Shown piece after piece: positions 38,600 through 53,250 of a stretch of 64,000 nucleotides of DNA. The position numbers were made by a program, and so were the translations under genes. Origin of the DNA: Heptranchias perlo (Eukaryota); contig NC_090363.1 of NCBI RefSeq assembly GCF_035084215.1, forward strand, positions 5,208,001 to 5,272,000, written 5' to 3'. Numbering within the stretch: position 1 is the stretch's first letter; the number at the start of each line of letters is the position of its first letter. The notes under the pieces were generated by a model that searched no databases, was not told the DNA's origin, and saw nothing but the letters and a program-made list of their open reading frames with translations.

Positions 38600-41190
38600 T
38601 TACATGGAATGTACAGCACAGAAACAGGCCATTCGGCCCAATAGATCCATGCCGGTATTAATGCTCCACATGAGCCTCCTCCCTCCCTACTTCATCTAAC
38701 CCTATCAGCATATCCTTCTATTCCTTTCTCCCTCTGTGTGTCTAGCTTCCCCTTAAATGCATGTATGGTAATCACCTCAACCACTCCATGTGGTAATGAG
38801 ATCCACATTGCAACCACTGTCTGGATAAAGCAGCTTCTCCTGAATTCCCTGTTGGATTTATTAGTGACTATCATATTTGTGGCCCCTTGTTCTGGTCTCC
38901 CCCACAAGTGGAAACATCTTCTCTACATCTACCCTATCAAACCCTTTCATTATCTTAAAGACCTCTCTCAGGTCACCCCTCAGTCTTCTCTTTTCCAGAG
39001 AAAAGAGACCCAGCCTGCTCAATCTTTTCTGATAGGTATAACCTCTCGGTTCTGGTATCATCCCAGTAAATCTTTTTTGCACCTTCTCCAGTGCCTCTAT
39101 ATCCTTTTTATAATACGGAGACCAGATCTCTACACAATACTCCAAATATGGTCTAACCAAGGTTCTATACAAGTTTAACATAACTTCTCTGCTTTTCAAT
39201 TCTATCCCTCTAGAAATGAACCCCAGTGCTTGGTTTGCTTTTTGTTATGGCCTCATTAACTTGCGTTGTTACTTTTAGTGATTTGTGTATCTGTACCCCC
39301 AGATCCCTCTGCTCCCCTACCCCATTTAGACTCTTATTATCCAAGCAATATGTGGCATCCTTATTCTTCCTACCAAAATGTAATCCCTCTAGTCTGAAAA
39401 ACAACTGTTCACCACTGCTCTTTGTTTTCTGTCCCCCAGCCAATTTAAATCCACGCCTCCACTGTCCCTTCAATCCTATGGGCTTTAATTTTGCTAATAA
39501 GTCTATTATGTGGTCCTTTATCAAATGCCTTTGGAAAGTCGATATGCACAACATCAATCGCACTACCCTCATCAACCCTTTCCGTTACTTCATTAAGGAA
39601 CTCAATCAAATTAGTCAAACACGATTTTCCTTTAACAAATCCGTGCTGACTTTCATATATGAGTCCATACTTTTCCAAGTGCCAATTAATTTTGTCACAG
39701 ATTATTGTCTCTAGACGTTTCCCCACCACCACTGACCTATAATTGCCGGGTTTATCCCTCTCCCCTTTTTTGAACAGGGGTGTAACATTTGCAATCCTCC
39801 AGTCCTCTGGCACTGTCCCCAGATTTAAAGAAGATTGGAAGTTTGTGGCCAGATCCTCCACAATTTCTACCCTTCCTTCCCTCAGTGGCCTAGGATGCAT
39901 CCCATCTGGACCGGGTGACTTTTCTACTTGGGGTACTGCCAATCTTTTAAGTACCTCCTCTTTATCTATTTTTATCCTATCCAATATCGTCACTGCCTCC
40001 TCCTTTACTGCATCTCTAGTGAAGAAAAGTATTCATTTAATACCTGAGCCATACCCTCTACCTCCACAAGATTTCCTTTTTTGTCCCTAATTGGTCCCAC
40101 CCTTCCTTTGACTGCCTTTTTACTATTTATATGTTTATAAAAGACTCTTGGGTTCTTTCCTACGTTTGCCACTAATCTATTCTCATATTCTTTCTTTGCC
40201 CCTCTTATTCCCTTTTTTAGGTCTGCTCTGTACTTTCTGTATTCAGCCTGGTTCTCTACTGTATTATGAGCTTGACATTTATCGTAAGCCTCCTTTTTCT
40301 GTTTCATTTTAATCTCTATATCTTTAATCACCCAGGGAGCTCCAGCTTTGGAAACTGCTCCTTTCCCCCTCATGGGAAAGTGTCTACTCTGTATCCAAAC
40401 CAGCTCCTCCTTGAAGGCCTCTCATTGTTCAATTACTGTTTTGCCTACCAATTTCTGATTCCAATCCACCTGGGCAAAATCCCTTTTTAACTCACTGAAA
40501 TTAGCCCTCTTCCAGTTAAGTATTTTTACACTTGATTGTTCCTTGTCCTTTTCCATAACTATTCTGAACCTGATGATATTGGTCTCTGTTCCTTAAATGC
40601 TCCCCCATTGAAATATGCTCCATTTGCCACACTTCATTCACCAAAATTAGGTCCAGCACTGGTTCCTTCCTCATTGGGCTGGAAACACACTGATCAAGAA
40701 AGTTCTTTTATACACATTTCAGGAATTCCTCCCCCTCTTTGCCCTTTACACTGTTACTATCCTAGCCTATATTGGGATAATTGAAGTCTCCCATTGTTAC
40801 TACTGCATAATTCTTATTTCTTTCTGTAATTTGCCTACTTAATTTGCTCCTCTATCTCCTTCCCACTATTTGGTGGCCTATAGTATACACCCAGTAGTGT
40901 AATAGCTCCTCTATTGTTCCTTAATTCTAACCAAATAGATTCTGTCTTTGACCCCCCAACTACATCATCCCTTTCCAGTGCTATAATAGTTTCTATGATC
41001 AGTACTGCTACCCCCCACTTTCTTTCCTTCCCTATCTCTCCTCAATACCTTGTAACCAGGAATATTAAGTGCCCAATCCTCCCCTTCTTTGAGCCAGGTC
41101 CCTGTTATTGCCACTATATCATAGTCCCATGCGGCGATTTGTGCCTGCAGCTCACCAACCTTATTTACCATGCTATGTGCAAACTCATCT
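38600..41190 (-). mobile_element. Degenerate long CR1 (EN and RT remnants)
   Basis: WDYDIVAITGTWL, KSPGPDGMHPR, SQHGFVKGKSCLTNL and EKRRLRGDL in broken frames. Confidence 0.9.
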
Positions 41191-41379
41191 AAGACTGCCT
41201 CGCATTTGTCCCCTGTCTGATCCTTCCTATTTGATGACCCCAAACACGTTATTTCCTAAATTAGATTTGTGTTTGTAAATGCCAGAGTTAAGCATCTATA
41301 TCTTATTCATACATTGTGCTTATGGACACATTTTTAGCTTGTCCATCATTTTTGTTTCTGTTTGACCTCATGATCCATA

Positions 41380-44300
41380 CTTAAGGGGAGATTTGAAAGA
41401 GGTGTTCAAAATCATGAAAGGTTTTGATAGAGTAAAGAAGGAGAAACTGTTTCTCGTGGCAGAAGGGTCGGTAACCAGAGGGCGCAGATTTAAGATGATC
41501 AGTGAAAGGGGCAGAGGCGACATGAGGAAACATTTTTTATGCAGCGAGTTGTTCTGATCTGGAATGCACTACCTGAAAGAGTGATGGAAGCAGATTCAAT
41601 TGTAACTTTCAAAAGGGAATTGGATAAATACTCCAAGGGAAAAAATTTACAGGGCTATAGAGAAAGAGCAGGGGAATGGGACTAATTGGATAGCTCTTTC
41701 AAAGACCCGGCATAGGCACGGTGGGCCGAATGGCCTCCTCCTGTGCTGTACCTATTATGATACTTATTCTACAGTTTTGACATCACAAAAAAGAATTACA
41801 TAGTGTTGGGACCACTGCTGTTTTTGATGTATATCAATGACCTGGACTTGGGTATACAGGGTATAATTTCAAAGTTTGCAGATGACATGCAATTCGGAAA
41901 TGTAACAAACAGCGATGAGGATGGTGAAAGACTTCAGGAGAACATGGACAGACTGGTGAAATTGGCAGACACATGGCAGGTGAAATCTAACGTTGAGAAG
42001 TGTGAAGTGATTCATTTTGGTGGGAACAATGAGGAGAGGCAATATAAACTAAATGGTACAATTTTAAAGGGGGTGCAGGAATAGAGAGACCTGGAGGTGT
42101 ATGTGCACAAGTCTTTGAAGGTGGCAGGACAAGTTGAAAAGACTCTTAAAAAGGGATACAGGATCCTTGGCTTTATGAATAGAGGCGTAGAGTACAAAAG
42201 CAAGGAAGTTATGCAAAACTTTTATAAAACACTGGCTAGGCCCCAGCTAGATTATTATGGCCAATTCCGGGCACCGCACTTTAGGAAGGATGTCAAGGCC
42301 TTAGAGAGGGTGCAGAGAAGATTTACTAGAATGGTACCAGGGATGAAAGAGGTGTAGAGACTGGAGAAACTGGGATTTTTCCCCTTGGAGGAGAGAAGGT
42401 TAAGGGGAGATTTGATAGAGGTGTTCAATATCATGAAGGGTTTTGATAGAGTAAATAAGGAGAAACTGTTTCCAGTGGCAGAAGGGTCGGTAGCTAGAGG
42501 ACACAGATTTAAGGTAATTGGCAAAAGAACCAGAGGCGACATGAGGAAAAAAATATTTACGCAGCGAGTTGTTATGATCTGGAATTCACTGCTTGAAAGG
42601 GCGGTGGAAGGAGATTCAATAGTAATTTTCAAAAGGGAATTGGATAAATACTTGAAGGTAAAAATTTAGAGGGCTGTGGGGAAAGAGCAGGGGAGTGGGA
42701 GTAATTGAATAGTTCTTTCAAAAAGCCGGCACAGGCACGATGGGCTGAATGGCCTCCTTCTGTGCTGTATCATTCTATGATTCAATAAATTACATAGAAT
42801 TTACAGAAACAGGCCATTCGTCTCAACTGATCTATGCCGGTGATTAAGCTCCACACGAACCTCCTCCCACTCCGCTTTACCTATACTCTATCAGCATATC
42901 CTTCTGTTTCCTTCTCCCTCATGTGTTTATCTAGCTTCCCCTTAAATGCATTTGTGCTATTCGCCTCAACCACTCCATGTGGTAGTGAGTTCCACATTCT
43001 AAAATAAAGAAGTTCCTCCTGAATTCCTTATTGGAGTTAAAAGCGACTATTTTATATTTATTTCCCTTAGTTTTGGACTCATTAAACTTATTAGTGAGTT
43101 GGAGTGGAAAAGTTAACTTCAACACTGAGAATGCAAGGAAGCTGGAGTGGTACATAGAATGCTGTATTTGGAACTGAGGCCATATCATTAAAGGAAATAG
43201 CAGAGGAGCAATGACCATAGATGGTGCAATAAAATAGAGAAGGGCAGAAAGAGGAGGCTGGAGGTGAAAGGTGGAACACCTAACAAATGGCAGGATATTT
43301 GTTTTGTATCTTTTTTCGAGACTGTAGAAAGGTGGCCGGGGTATTTAAGCGTCAGAAAGACTTAGGCTTTGGGTACACAGGGTATAATTTCAAAGTTTGC
43401 AGGTGACACAAAACTTGGAAATGTAGTAAACAATGTGGAGGATATTAACCGACTTTCAGGAGGACATAGACAGACTGGTGAAATGGGCGGACACATGGTA
43501 GATGAAATTTAACGCAGAGAAGTGTGAAGTGATACATTCTGGTAGGAAAAATGTGCAGAGGCAATCTAAACTAAATGGTACAATTCTAAAGAGGGTGCGG
43601 GAACAGAGAGACCTGGGGATGTATGTACACAAATCTTTGAAGGTGGCATGACAGGTTGAGAAGGCTGTTAAAAAAGGGATATGGGATCCTGGGCTTTATT
43701 AATAGAGGCATAGAGTACAAAAGCAAAGAAGTTATAAAACACTGGTTAGGCGTCATTGGAGTATTGTGTCCAATTCTGGGCACCACACTTTCGGAAGGAT
43801 GTCAAGGCCTTAGAGAGGGTGCAGAGGAGATTTACTAGAATGGTACCAGGGATGAAAGACTTTAGTTATTTGGAGAGACTGGAGAAGCTGGGGTTGTTCT
43901 CCTTAGAATAGAGGAGGTTAAGGGGCGATTTGATAGAGGTGTTCAAAATCATGAAGGGTTTTGATAGAGTAAATAAGGAGAAACTGTTTCCAGTGGCAGG
44001 AGGGTCGGTAACCAGAGGACACAGATTTAAGGTGATTGGCAAAAGAGCCAGAGGCGACATGAGGAATCATTTCTTTACGCAGCGAGTTGTAATGATCTGG
44101 AATGCGCTGCCTGAAAGAGTGATGGAAGAAAATTCAATAGTAACTTTCAAAAGGGAATTGGATAAATACATGAAGGGAAAAAATTACAGGGCTATGGGAA
44201 AAGAGCTGGGGAATGGGACTAATTGGGTAGCTCTTTCAAAGAGCCGGCACAGGCATGATGTGCCAAATGGCCTCCTCCTATGCTGTACCTACTATGATAT
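41380..44300 (+). mobile_element. Three co-oriented CR1 3' portions (about 41380-41760, 41800-42785, 43360-44300) plus a minus-strand fragment near 42790-43080
   Basis: Repeated RLRGDLIEVF..GFDRVNKEKLFPVA..TRGHRFKV peptides. Confidence 0.88.
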
Positions 44301-44369
44301 TATGATACTGTAATAGCTAAGAGATTGTTCAGGGAAAGAATTGCTTGTCTTTGGTCTCCGCCAAACTCT

Positions 44370-44825
44370 ATTCTAACTCACACCAAGTCCCGTCCACCCA
44401 TCACCACCAATGCTCGCTGACCTACATTGGCTCCAGGTGCTGCAACATCTCGATTTTAAAATTCTCATCCTTGTTTTCAAATCCCTCCATGACCTCGCCT
44501 CTCCCTATCTCTGTAACCTCCTCCAGCCCTACAACCCTCCGAGATCTCTGCGCTCCTCCAATTCTTGCCTCTTGCGCATCCCCAATTTCCATCACTCCAC
44601 CATTGGCGGCCGTGCCTTCAGCTGCCTGGGCCCTAAGCCCTGGAATTCCCTCCCTAAACCTCTCCGCCTTTAAGACGCTCCTTTAAACCTACCTCTTTGA
44701 TCGAACTTTCGGTCACCTGTCCTAATATCTCCTTAGGTGGCTCGGTGTCAAATTTTGTTTGATAATCGCTCCCGTGGGATGTTTTACTACGTTAAAGGCA
44801 CTATATAAATGCAAGTTGTTGTTGT
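44370..44825 (+). mobile_element. L2 LINE 3' fragment
   Basis: LADLHWLQVLQHLDFKILILVFKSLHDLASPYL..GGRAFS..WNSLP. Confidence 0.85.
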
Positions 44826-45269
44826 TCTTGCTTAGCTCAAAAGAGGAAGCCAAGCTTCTTGGAGCCAACTTTAGTTAAAGGATATGGGATTTCCATACAA
44901 GATCAGGGGAACAATGGGGCCAAGAATGACAAATGAATCAGTAAAAACAGAGTCCCACAATTGAATAATATAGCTAACAAGATTACCACCAAAACGGCCA
45001 TTTCAAACAATACATTGGCCATCATGGATAAGCCCAGTACTTGCAGGTTGATGGATAATTTGACAGGTAACATCTTTTATCTTTAGACTGTAGATGTAAG
45101 AGCGACGGGATAACTGTTGGAATGGCTGGGGGAATCACCCATCTTAGGAATCGAATGAATGCAAGAAGGGGAGATGGACACATTTCATCCATTATATTCT
45201 GATTTCACTCTATGATATTGAAATGATTAGGGTTGCATTCCATCAAAAATGTTATGTTCAATTGAAAAG

Positions 45270-45680
45270 AAAAGGACATTCCAAAGTTCTTTACAGCCAA
45301 TTAAGGGTTTTTGAAATGTAGTCACTGTTATAATGTAGAAAACACTGCGGCCAATTTGTGTACAGCTAGCTCCCACAAACAACAATGAGATACCAGTCAG
45401 ATAATCTGTTTTTAGTGATGATGGTTGAGGGTTAAATATTGACCAGGTCACCAGGGAAACTCCCCTGCTCTTCTTTGAAATAGTGGCCGTGGGATCTTTT
45501 ACACCCACCTGAGAGGTCAGACGGGGCCTCGGTTTAATCTCTCACCTGAAAGACAGCACCTCCGACAGTGCAGCACTCCCTCAGTGCTGCGCTGGGAGTG
45601 TCAGCCTAGATTACGTGCTCAAGACTCTGGAGTGGGACTTGAATCCATAGTCTTCATGACTCAGAGGTGAGAGTGCTACC
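45270..45680 (-). mobile_element. tRNA-derived SINE (Deu/SacSINE1-like)
   Basis: A-box TAGCTCAGTGG and B-box GATTCAAGTCC, with a conserved body shared with the copies at 46440, 49720 and 61300. Confidence 0.75.
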
Positions 45681-46439
45681 CACTGAGCTATGACTGATAC
45701 TTGAAACAATTTTATTGTGGTTTTTTTGGTTTTATTGTCCAGGAAATGGTTGAAATTGTAATGACGTGATGCCCATGGATATTAAAAGATGTATATCCAT
45801 TGATATTCCTCCACAGCAGCATTATAATCAGATTATGCTTAAGGGTATATGTAAAACTGTGTGATGGTTCATGTGGCTTACAACATTTTTTGTTTTCTCA
45901 GAAATGTTGCATGTGTGGATGCAGGTAGAACCAGTGAAGTATAGTTCTGCTCCCAAGTTTCCAATTTAACTGTGACCAGGTGAGTCTCAAAGTTCATCTT
46001 AGGTTACTTACTGATGATTTTAAATTCACTGTTACATCAATGTTGTATGTACACTGGAGTCATTGATCTGAGAATGGTGGCTGTGGTTCGGTTTTCAGCC
46101 AGGCACTGCTCAGCTCTGGCTTGGGCGTAAGTTTGACTAGTTTAGAAGAGAGATACAGGCATGGGCAGAAGTCTATCCCAAAAATTAGAAATTAAAATAA
46201 TTTGGAGATGGGAGAATCTCTGCTCTCTAAACATCTAAATTGAGGTCAGATATGTTTACAAAAGTACGCAAAGGATCCACTAGAACCCAGGGTACTTTTA
46301 CAAACCAGCTTTGACAGCGTGCTGAATTTACAGTCCATGTGATGTGAAATCAAAGCAATTTGAGATTATCCCTCCAGGGAGTCAAGAGTCCGCTTTCCTC
46401 TGGAGTCAGTTGCAGATCTGATTACCATTTTATACATCT

Positions 46440-46745
46440 TTGGAATGAGGCGTTAAACCAAAATCCCGTCAGCCCTCTCGGGTAAATGTAGAAGACCTCA
46501 TGGCACTATCCAAAGAAGAGCAGGGGAGTTCTCCCAGTGTCATGGCCAATATATATCCCCCAACCAACATCACTAAAGACAGATTATCTGGCCATTTATT
46601 TCATTGCTGTTTGTGGGACCTTGCTGTGTGCAAATTGACTGCTGTATTTCCCTACATTACAACAATGACTACACTTCAAAAGGCTATGAAGCCTTTGGGA
46701 CGTCCTGAGGTCGTGAAAGGTGCTGTATAAATCCAAGCCCTTTCT
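46440..46745 (+). mobile_element. SINE body and 3' fragment
   Basis: Homologous to 45270-45540. Confidence 0.7.
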
Positions 46746-47196
46746 TTTCACAATTTAGCAAAGCAATTTCTGATAAACTTGTAGTGTAAATTCATCCTAC
46801 ATTTAATAGATTGCTGACAAAGCAGAGGAAATATATTTGGTCCCCAAGAATGATTCATTTTCCACCCAGGTTATTTGAAATAACCTATGATAGTTCAACA
46901 GAAACTATTTTTTGTTTTAATTGTGACTAATAATGCATAATTGCAAAAAAAACTACATATAAGTACAAAGAAGTATGTTTTCCTTTTTCGCGAGGCAATG
47001 AAAAGTACCCAACTTTACCTTTAAACTTACATTCGGATAGATTGGTTTAAAACTGATGGGGGGGGGGGTGCAGAAACTGAGTCACGTGATGTACTCGGGC
47101 GCCACCCCTTCCGCCGTTCTTCACCCAGGTCCGCGCAAATGGTATAAAAAACCGGGCTGAAGTTACTATCTTTGCTTGTTATAGGAGTAATAGTGA

Positions 47197-47511
<315 letters not shown>

Positions 47512-47546
47512 AGATAGCCGGAAAAAATACTGATTAACAAACCAAA

Positions 47547-47562
47547 GGTTCTTTTAAGAACC
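47547..47562 (+). terminator. Histone 3' stem-loop with a compensatory base pair
   Basis: GGTTCTTTTAAGAACC followed by ACCA. Confidence 0.92.
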
Positions 47563-48789
47563 ACCAAAATATCCTTCAAAAGATATGTAACTGGTTATTT
47601 TTTCATTTAACATTTTATAACTCATGGGTGGTTTGGAAAAGTATCGGATTTATTTACATTAGATTTTCTGCTCCACTCTTCAGTGCGCGATTTTCCGTCC
47701 ATTAACCCTAATTGACAGAAAATTGCAGGTCGGCCAAGGCAAAAGCAGAGAACTAATGTAGGTTACACTATATAATTACATTTCATAATAGGATACCAGT
47801 GGGGGAAGGGGTTCACTTTAAACCTTAACTGGTGACAATGAAGGTGCTTGCCTGATGGTGTACATTATATTTACTGATTTAAGGATTAGTTTTCTGACAG
47901 TCCTGCGCTCATTCAATTATGGGCTGTGTGGCAGAAGTAGGTTCTTAAGATTTTGGGATCGGCTGTTGGGCACCAGCATTTCTCTGCGAGCTGGCCACGG
48001 TGACTGAGTGCTATGCTTTCAGCAGCAAATTGTCAAACTGGAAAGGACAAACTTAATAAACCACAACAGTACTGACTAGGAATTATAAATCCAAAGCTCC
48101 AAGATGGTAAGAGTGACTGGAAAAAACCTTATTTAAAGACACCTAAATGAGTATAGTTGGAATTACAGGCTTTTTTTATAGAACCAACACTGTAGACGTT
48201 GAACCGCATCGCTGACATTGCCATTTCGCTATTGAATCTAAGAAAATGCAACAAAAATGGAGTTGGGTATTGCAAGTAACAAGTGGAAATTTGAAGGTCA
48301 GTCCGGGCATATCAAAAGGAGACACATAACCCGAGCCCAACCAAGTCAGGTTTTCTAACATTCCTACAATGTAGGTTCCAACTCCCATTATAATCGATCG
48401 ATTTGACTCGGCAATCTTCACCATGGAAATGGCTTTAACTGCAGAGGCTTGATGGTAGAAGCTAAACTTTAATATAATAAGGCCTTGCCCACCCTGAGGA
48501 GAGATCATTATTGACAGCTGCTATAACTTAAGATAACAATATAATGTGATAGTCATTTAAAATCCTTGACCACCAGGTGTATTTTGTTCTAATATGTATA
48601 CTATTCTAAACCAGGGTAAAAGGTGACTGAGTTTATATCGAAGATTTCTACTTGCCTTTGCACTTTGGAAAATATCTTGCTTTATTTTTCAAGGGTTTTC
48701 CCCAAGTGTTAATGGGATATCGCTCAGTAAATTGGTTCCTACCATCAAGAATGCATTATGAATTTTGGCCTGGTGCACTAGCAAGACAC

Positions 48790-50000
48790 GATAGAAGTGA
48801 GAGTAACTGCCCTTGACATCAAGGCAGCATTCGATGTACCAAGGAACCCTCAACAAACTGAGATCGGAGGGATCAAGGGGACAAGCCTTGAATGGATGGA
48901 GTCATATCTTATACAATGGCCTTCACCAATCATATCTCTATTTCAATCACCATAGCTCTCGGACATGACTGCAAATTCCTCAGGGCAGCATCCTTGGCCT
49001 GACCATCTTCAGCCCCGTTATCAATGACCTTTTCTTGACAAGGTCAGTAGTGAAACTGTTTGCTGACAATTCTCCAGTGATCAGTTCCATTCACAACCCC
49101 TCTGATAATGAAACAGCCCACAACTGCCTAAAGCAGGACCTGGGAAACAGCCAGGCTTGGGTTAACACGTGGAAGGTTAAATTTGTACCACACTAGTGCC
49201 AGGCAATGGCCATCCTTGACACACACAAAACCAAACACCTCGCTCTGAACTTCAAATGAACCACCATGGCCGAGTCCCCAACCATCAACATCCTGGGTTG
49301 TGGGGTGGGGGAATCACCATTGAGCAAAAGCTTAAGTGAACCAGCCACATCTACATTGTAGCTACAAGAGCACAGTAGACTCTCCACTATCTACATAGAT
49401 CAAGTCAGTCTGGAGTTTAATAGAATACTCACCATTTGTTTGGATGGAGGTAGCTGAAGCAACACTCAAGAAGATCAACACCATCCAGGACATTGAAGTC
49501 CACATGCCTGGCTTCCATGGCAATGGACTTAATATTCACCACCTCCAACACTGGCACACAGTTGTCTGCAGTATGCACTATTTACTGCATGCACTGCATC
49601 AAATCACCAAGCTTACTTCGATGGTACCTGCCACCCTCTCAATCTCTGACACCAAGAAGGACAAAAGCACCAAAAACATGGGCACACCATTACCTCTAAG
49701 TTCCCCTCCAGGTCACACACTGCCCTCTCAGGTGGATGTAAAAGATCCCATGACACTATTTCGAAGACTAGCAGAAGAGTTCTCCCTCGGTGTCCTCGCC
49801 AATATTTATCCCTCAACTAACAACACTAAAAAACAAAGCATCTGGTCATTGTCACATTGCTGTTGGTGGGATCTTGCAAATTAGCTGCTGCATTTCCTAT
49901 ATTACAACAGTGACTACACTTCAAAAAGTACTTCATTTTCTGTAAAGGGTTTTGGGATGTCCTGAGGTCATGTAAAGGGCTTTGTAAATGCGATACTTTT
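48790..50000 (+). mobile_element. Old degenerate LINE family A fragment followed by a SINE fragment (from about 49720)
   Basis: GCCCTTGACATCAAGGCAGCATT and other diverged family A motifs. Confidence 0.75.
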
Positions 50001-50443
50001 TTTTCTTTACATATCGCCATTCCTTTGTTGCTGGATCAAAATGTTTGAATTTCTTGCCTAACACAAGAACTTCAAGAGTTTATGAAGGTGATCGAAGAAT
50101 GGGCAATAAGTACAGCTTTGCTGGTATTATCGACATCCCAAGAACAATTGATTTAAAGTTTTTGTTGTTTCATGTTACACTTGAGAAAGTAGCAAGAAAG
50201 TTGCCTGATGGTATGTTCCAAATTAATCTACCGTGTCACTAATGTTAACGGTATTTCAATTGTTTAATGGTTTGGACTTCTTAAATACAAATTACTAATT
50301 CAAATGTCCTTACTTGCTGGTCTACTTAATTTCTTAAAGATATGTACTCTGCTATGTTGATGAAGGATATATTGTGAGCGAATTTCTATTTGTTGAAGTC
50401 AAGCTTGTAGCCAGTTATCTTTTGTATTTTCCTTTTCCTGATG

Positions 50444-51532
50444 TGACGCTGAAAGACGCCCTCGTAAGAACGGGATATGATGCTCGACTTGTCGATCAAC
50501 AGTTCCGATGGGCCACAGCAAAGAATCGCATAGACCTCCTCAGAAGACGAACACGGGACGCAACCAACAGAGTACCCTTCGTCGTCCAGTACTTCCCCAG
50601 AGCGGAGAAACTACGCTATGTTCTCCGCAGCCTTCAACATGTCATCGATGACGATGAACACCTAGCTAAGGCCATCCCCACGCCTCCACTACTCGCCTTC
50701 AAACAGCCACCCAACCTCAAACAGACCATCGATCGCAGCAAATTACCCAGCTTTCAGGAGAACAGCGTCCACGACACCGCACAACCCTGCCACGGTAACC
50801 TCTGCAAGACATGCCAGATCATCAACACAGATACCACCATCACACAAGAGGACACCACCCACCAGGTACATGGTTCATACTCCTGTGACTCGGCCAATGT
50901 TGTCTACCTCATACGTTGCAGGAAAGGATGCCCTGGAGCATGGTACATTGGCGAGACCATGCAGACACTGCGACAACGGATGAACGGACACCGCGCAACA
51001 ATCGCCAGACAGGAGGGTTCCCTCCCAGTCGGGGAACACTTTAGCAGTCAAGGACATTCAGCCTCCGATCTTCGGGTAAGCGTTCTCCAAGGCGGCCTTC
51101 GAGACACATGACAACGCAAAATCGTCGAGCAGAAATTGATAGCCAAGTTCCGCACCCATGAGGACGGCCTCAACCGGGATCTTGGGTTCATGTCACGCTA
51201 CACGTAACCCCACCAGCAGGGAGAAAAAAAAAGTTATCTTTTTAATACAACGGGACATTCTCTCTCTCTCTCTCTCTCTCTGCCTTTCGGGTCTCTTTCT
51301 CTCTCTGGCTTTGTAATCTGACCCATTGTGTATTCAGTACTGTTTTCCGTGGCTAACCTGTCTGAACACCAACGACACCTTTGATTGGTGTGAGCGTGTC
51401 CCAGCCTAATATAAGATATGCGATTTGAGAACCTTTCACTCACTCACCTGGCGAAGGAGATAATCTCCGAAAGCTTGTGATTTTAAAATAAAACTGTTGG
51501 ACTATAACCTGGTGTTGTAAGATTCCTTACAT
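50444..51532 (+). mobile_element. Penelope-like element 3' part (GIY-YIG endonuclease and LTR)
   Basis: C..CKTC..SCDSANVVYLIRC..WYIGETMQTLRQRMNGH. The LTR carries a mutated hammerhead core (CTGGCGA) at 51445-51479. Confidence 0.9.
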
Positions 51533-51619
51533 CATTTCCAATCAGCAGTGGGAAACATTTGGTTCAATGTCAACAATGTCAGTAATCACCTAACCCGGAG
51601 CATGAGATGACCTTACATT

Positions 51620-52040
51620 GAATTACATAGAATATATAGTACAGAAATAGGCCATTCGGCCCAACTGATCCATGCAATGTTTATGCTTCATGCGAGCCTC
51701 CTCCCTCCCTACTTCATCTAATCCTTTTTCCCTCATGTGTTTATCTAGCTTTCCCTTAAAGGCATCTATGCTATTCGCCTCAACTACACCTTGTGGGAGC
51801 GAGTTCCAATTTCTAACCACTCTCTGGGTGAAGAAGTTTCTCCTGAACTCCTTAGTAGATTTATTAGAGACTGTCTTATATTTATGGCCCCTAGATTTGG
51901 TCTCCCCCACAAGTGTAAACATTATCTCTATGTCTAACCTATCAAACCCTTTAATTATCTTATAAAGACCCCTATCAGGTCACTGCTCAGCCTTCTCTTT
52001 TTTAGAGAAAAGATCCCCAGCCTGTTCAGTCTTTCCTGAT
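51620..52040 (-). mobile_element. CR1 3' fragment
   Basis: RRNFFTQRVVRNWNSLP..FKGKLD. Confidence 0.85.
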
Positions 52041-53199
52041 AGTTGGAACCTTTCAGTTCTGGTGGCAGAACACAAATTCAGTGGCGGTCTTCTGGTTTTC
52101 ATATTTATGTTCAGTGCAGCTGATAAACTTTTGTTTACATTTGCTGCTTATCTCCAGTTATCCGGATTATTGCTACTTTGAAAAGACAAGTTGACCGTTT
52201 AACCCCATATTCTCTCTCCAGTTGCATGCTGATCTGTTGTATATTTCCAGTATTTTCTGTCTCAATTTTTGCTTTCTTTTTGATACCTGAGGCGATTCCC
52301 TATCTTTGTTGCACATTATCCCTTCAACCTTCTTGAGAAACACCTCATTATCTTTGGTGTCAGCTAACCACTACTGCTCGATCTACCTCGCCCTTTCCTT
52401 TACTGCCTACTTGACCGAGGTGTCCGATATTAAACTAATCCTCAATGGTACAGGCCTTCAATTTTTGTGCGACGTCCGGGAACATTTGACTAGCAAGCAA
52501 ATGTTGAAACATCACTCTTCCCGCACTCAGCTTCCAAGGGTCCTGAAATTTCAAACAATTGATTCAGAAAAATGACCAAGAAAAACAATGCAGTATAACT
52601 TCAGGTTCAAATCGCACTTTTCATTAATTAAATTTAAACTATCTCAATAGGTTGGCTCTGTGCTCAATTGTCAAAAAAAAAATCCAAATTTTAAGAATTG
52701 ACCCATTTCACGCCGGAGTACGTTTGAAGATAACGAAAAGGTTTATTTCGACGTGATTGTCAATCAATTCTCTTGTAGCAGTGCCCAATATTCCAGATCT
52801 TTTATAAGAAAATCCCCACATTAAGATTATTTCTATTGTCTGTGGACATCTTCACTGACTAGGGGGTTGCAAATGAACTATTGGAAGAATCAATATCCGA
52901 GTTGCAACCAAGTACGGACCATAAATTATAATTTATTTTAATTATTGGTTTTAATTATGTTATTGGGACGTCCTGAGGTCGTGAAAGGCGCTATGTAAAT
53001 TCAACTCTTTTTCTTTTTAACAATGTTCCCAAGTAAATGCTGAATACATTTCGTCACATAAAAGTGATGCGGTTATAGGTTCATTAATAATTAGACACAA
53101 CCGACAAAATGTGATACAGTTCAAGTGAAAATCGGTGAAGAGTGAGTGGTGGGGACATTATTCGATGTCTTTAGCTTCTTTTATTGGAAATCTGTGAGT

Positions 53200-53215
53200 G
53201 GCTCTGAAAAGAGCC
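53200..53215 (-). terminator. Histone 3' stem-loop
   Basis: Reverse complement reads CAAAA-GGCTCTTTTCAGAGCC-ACTC. Confidence 0.95.
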
Positions 53216-53250
53216 TTTTGTGTTCAGATGGTTTGCCGCTCCTGTCCCGT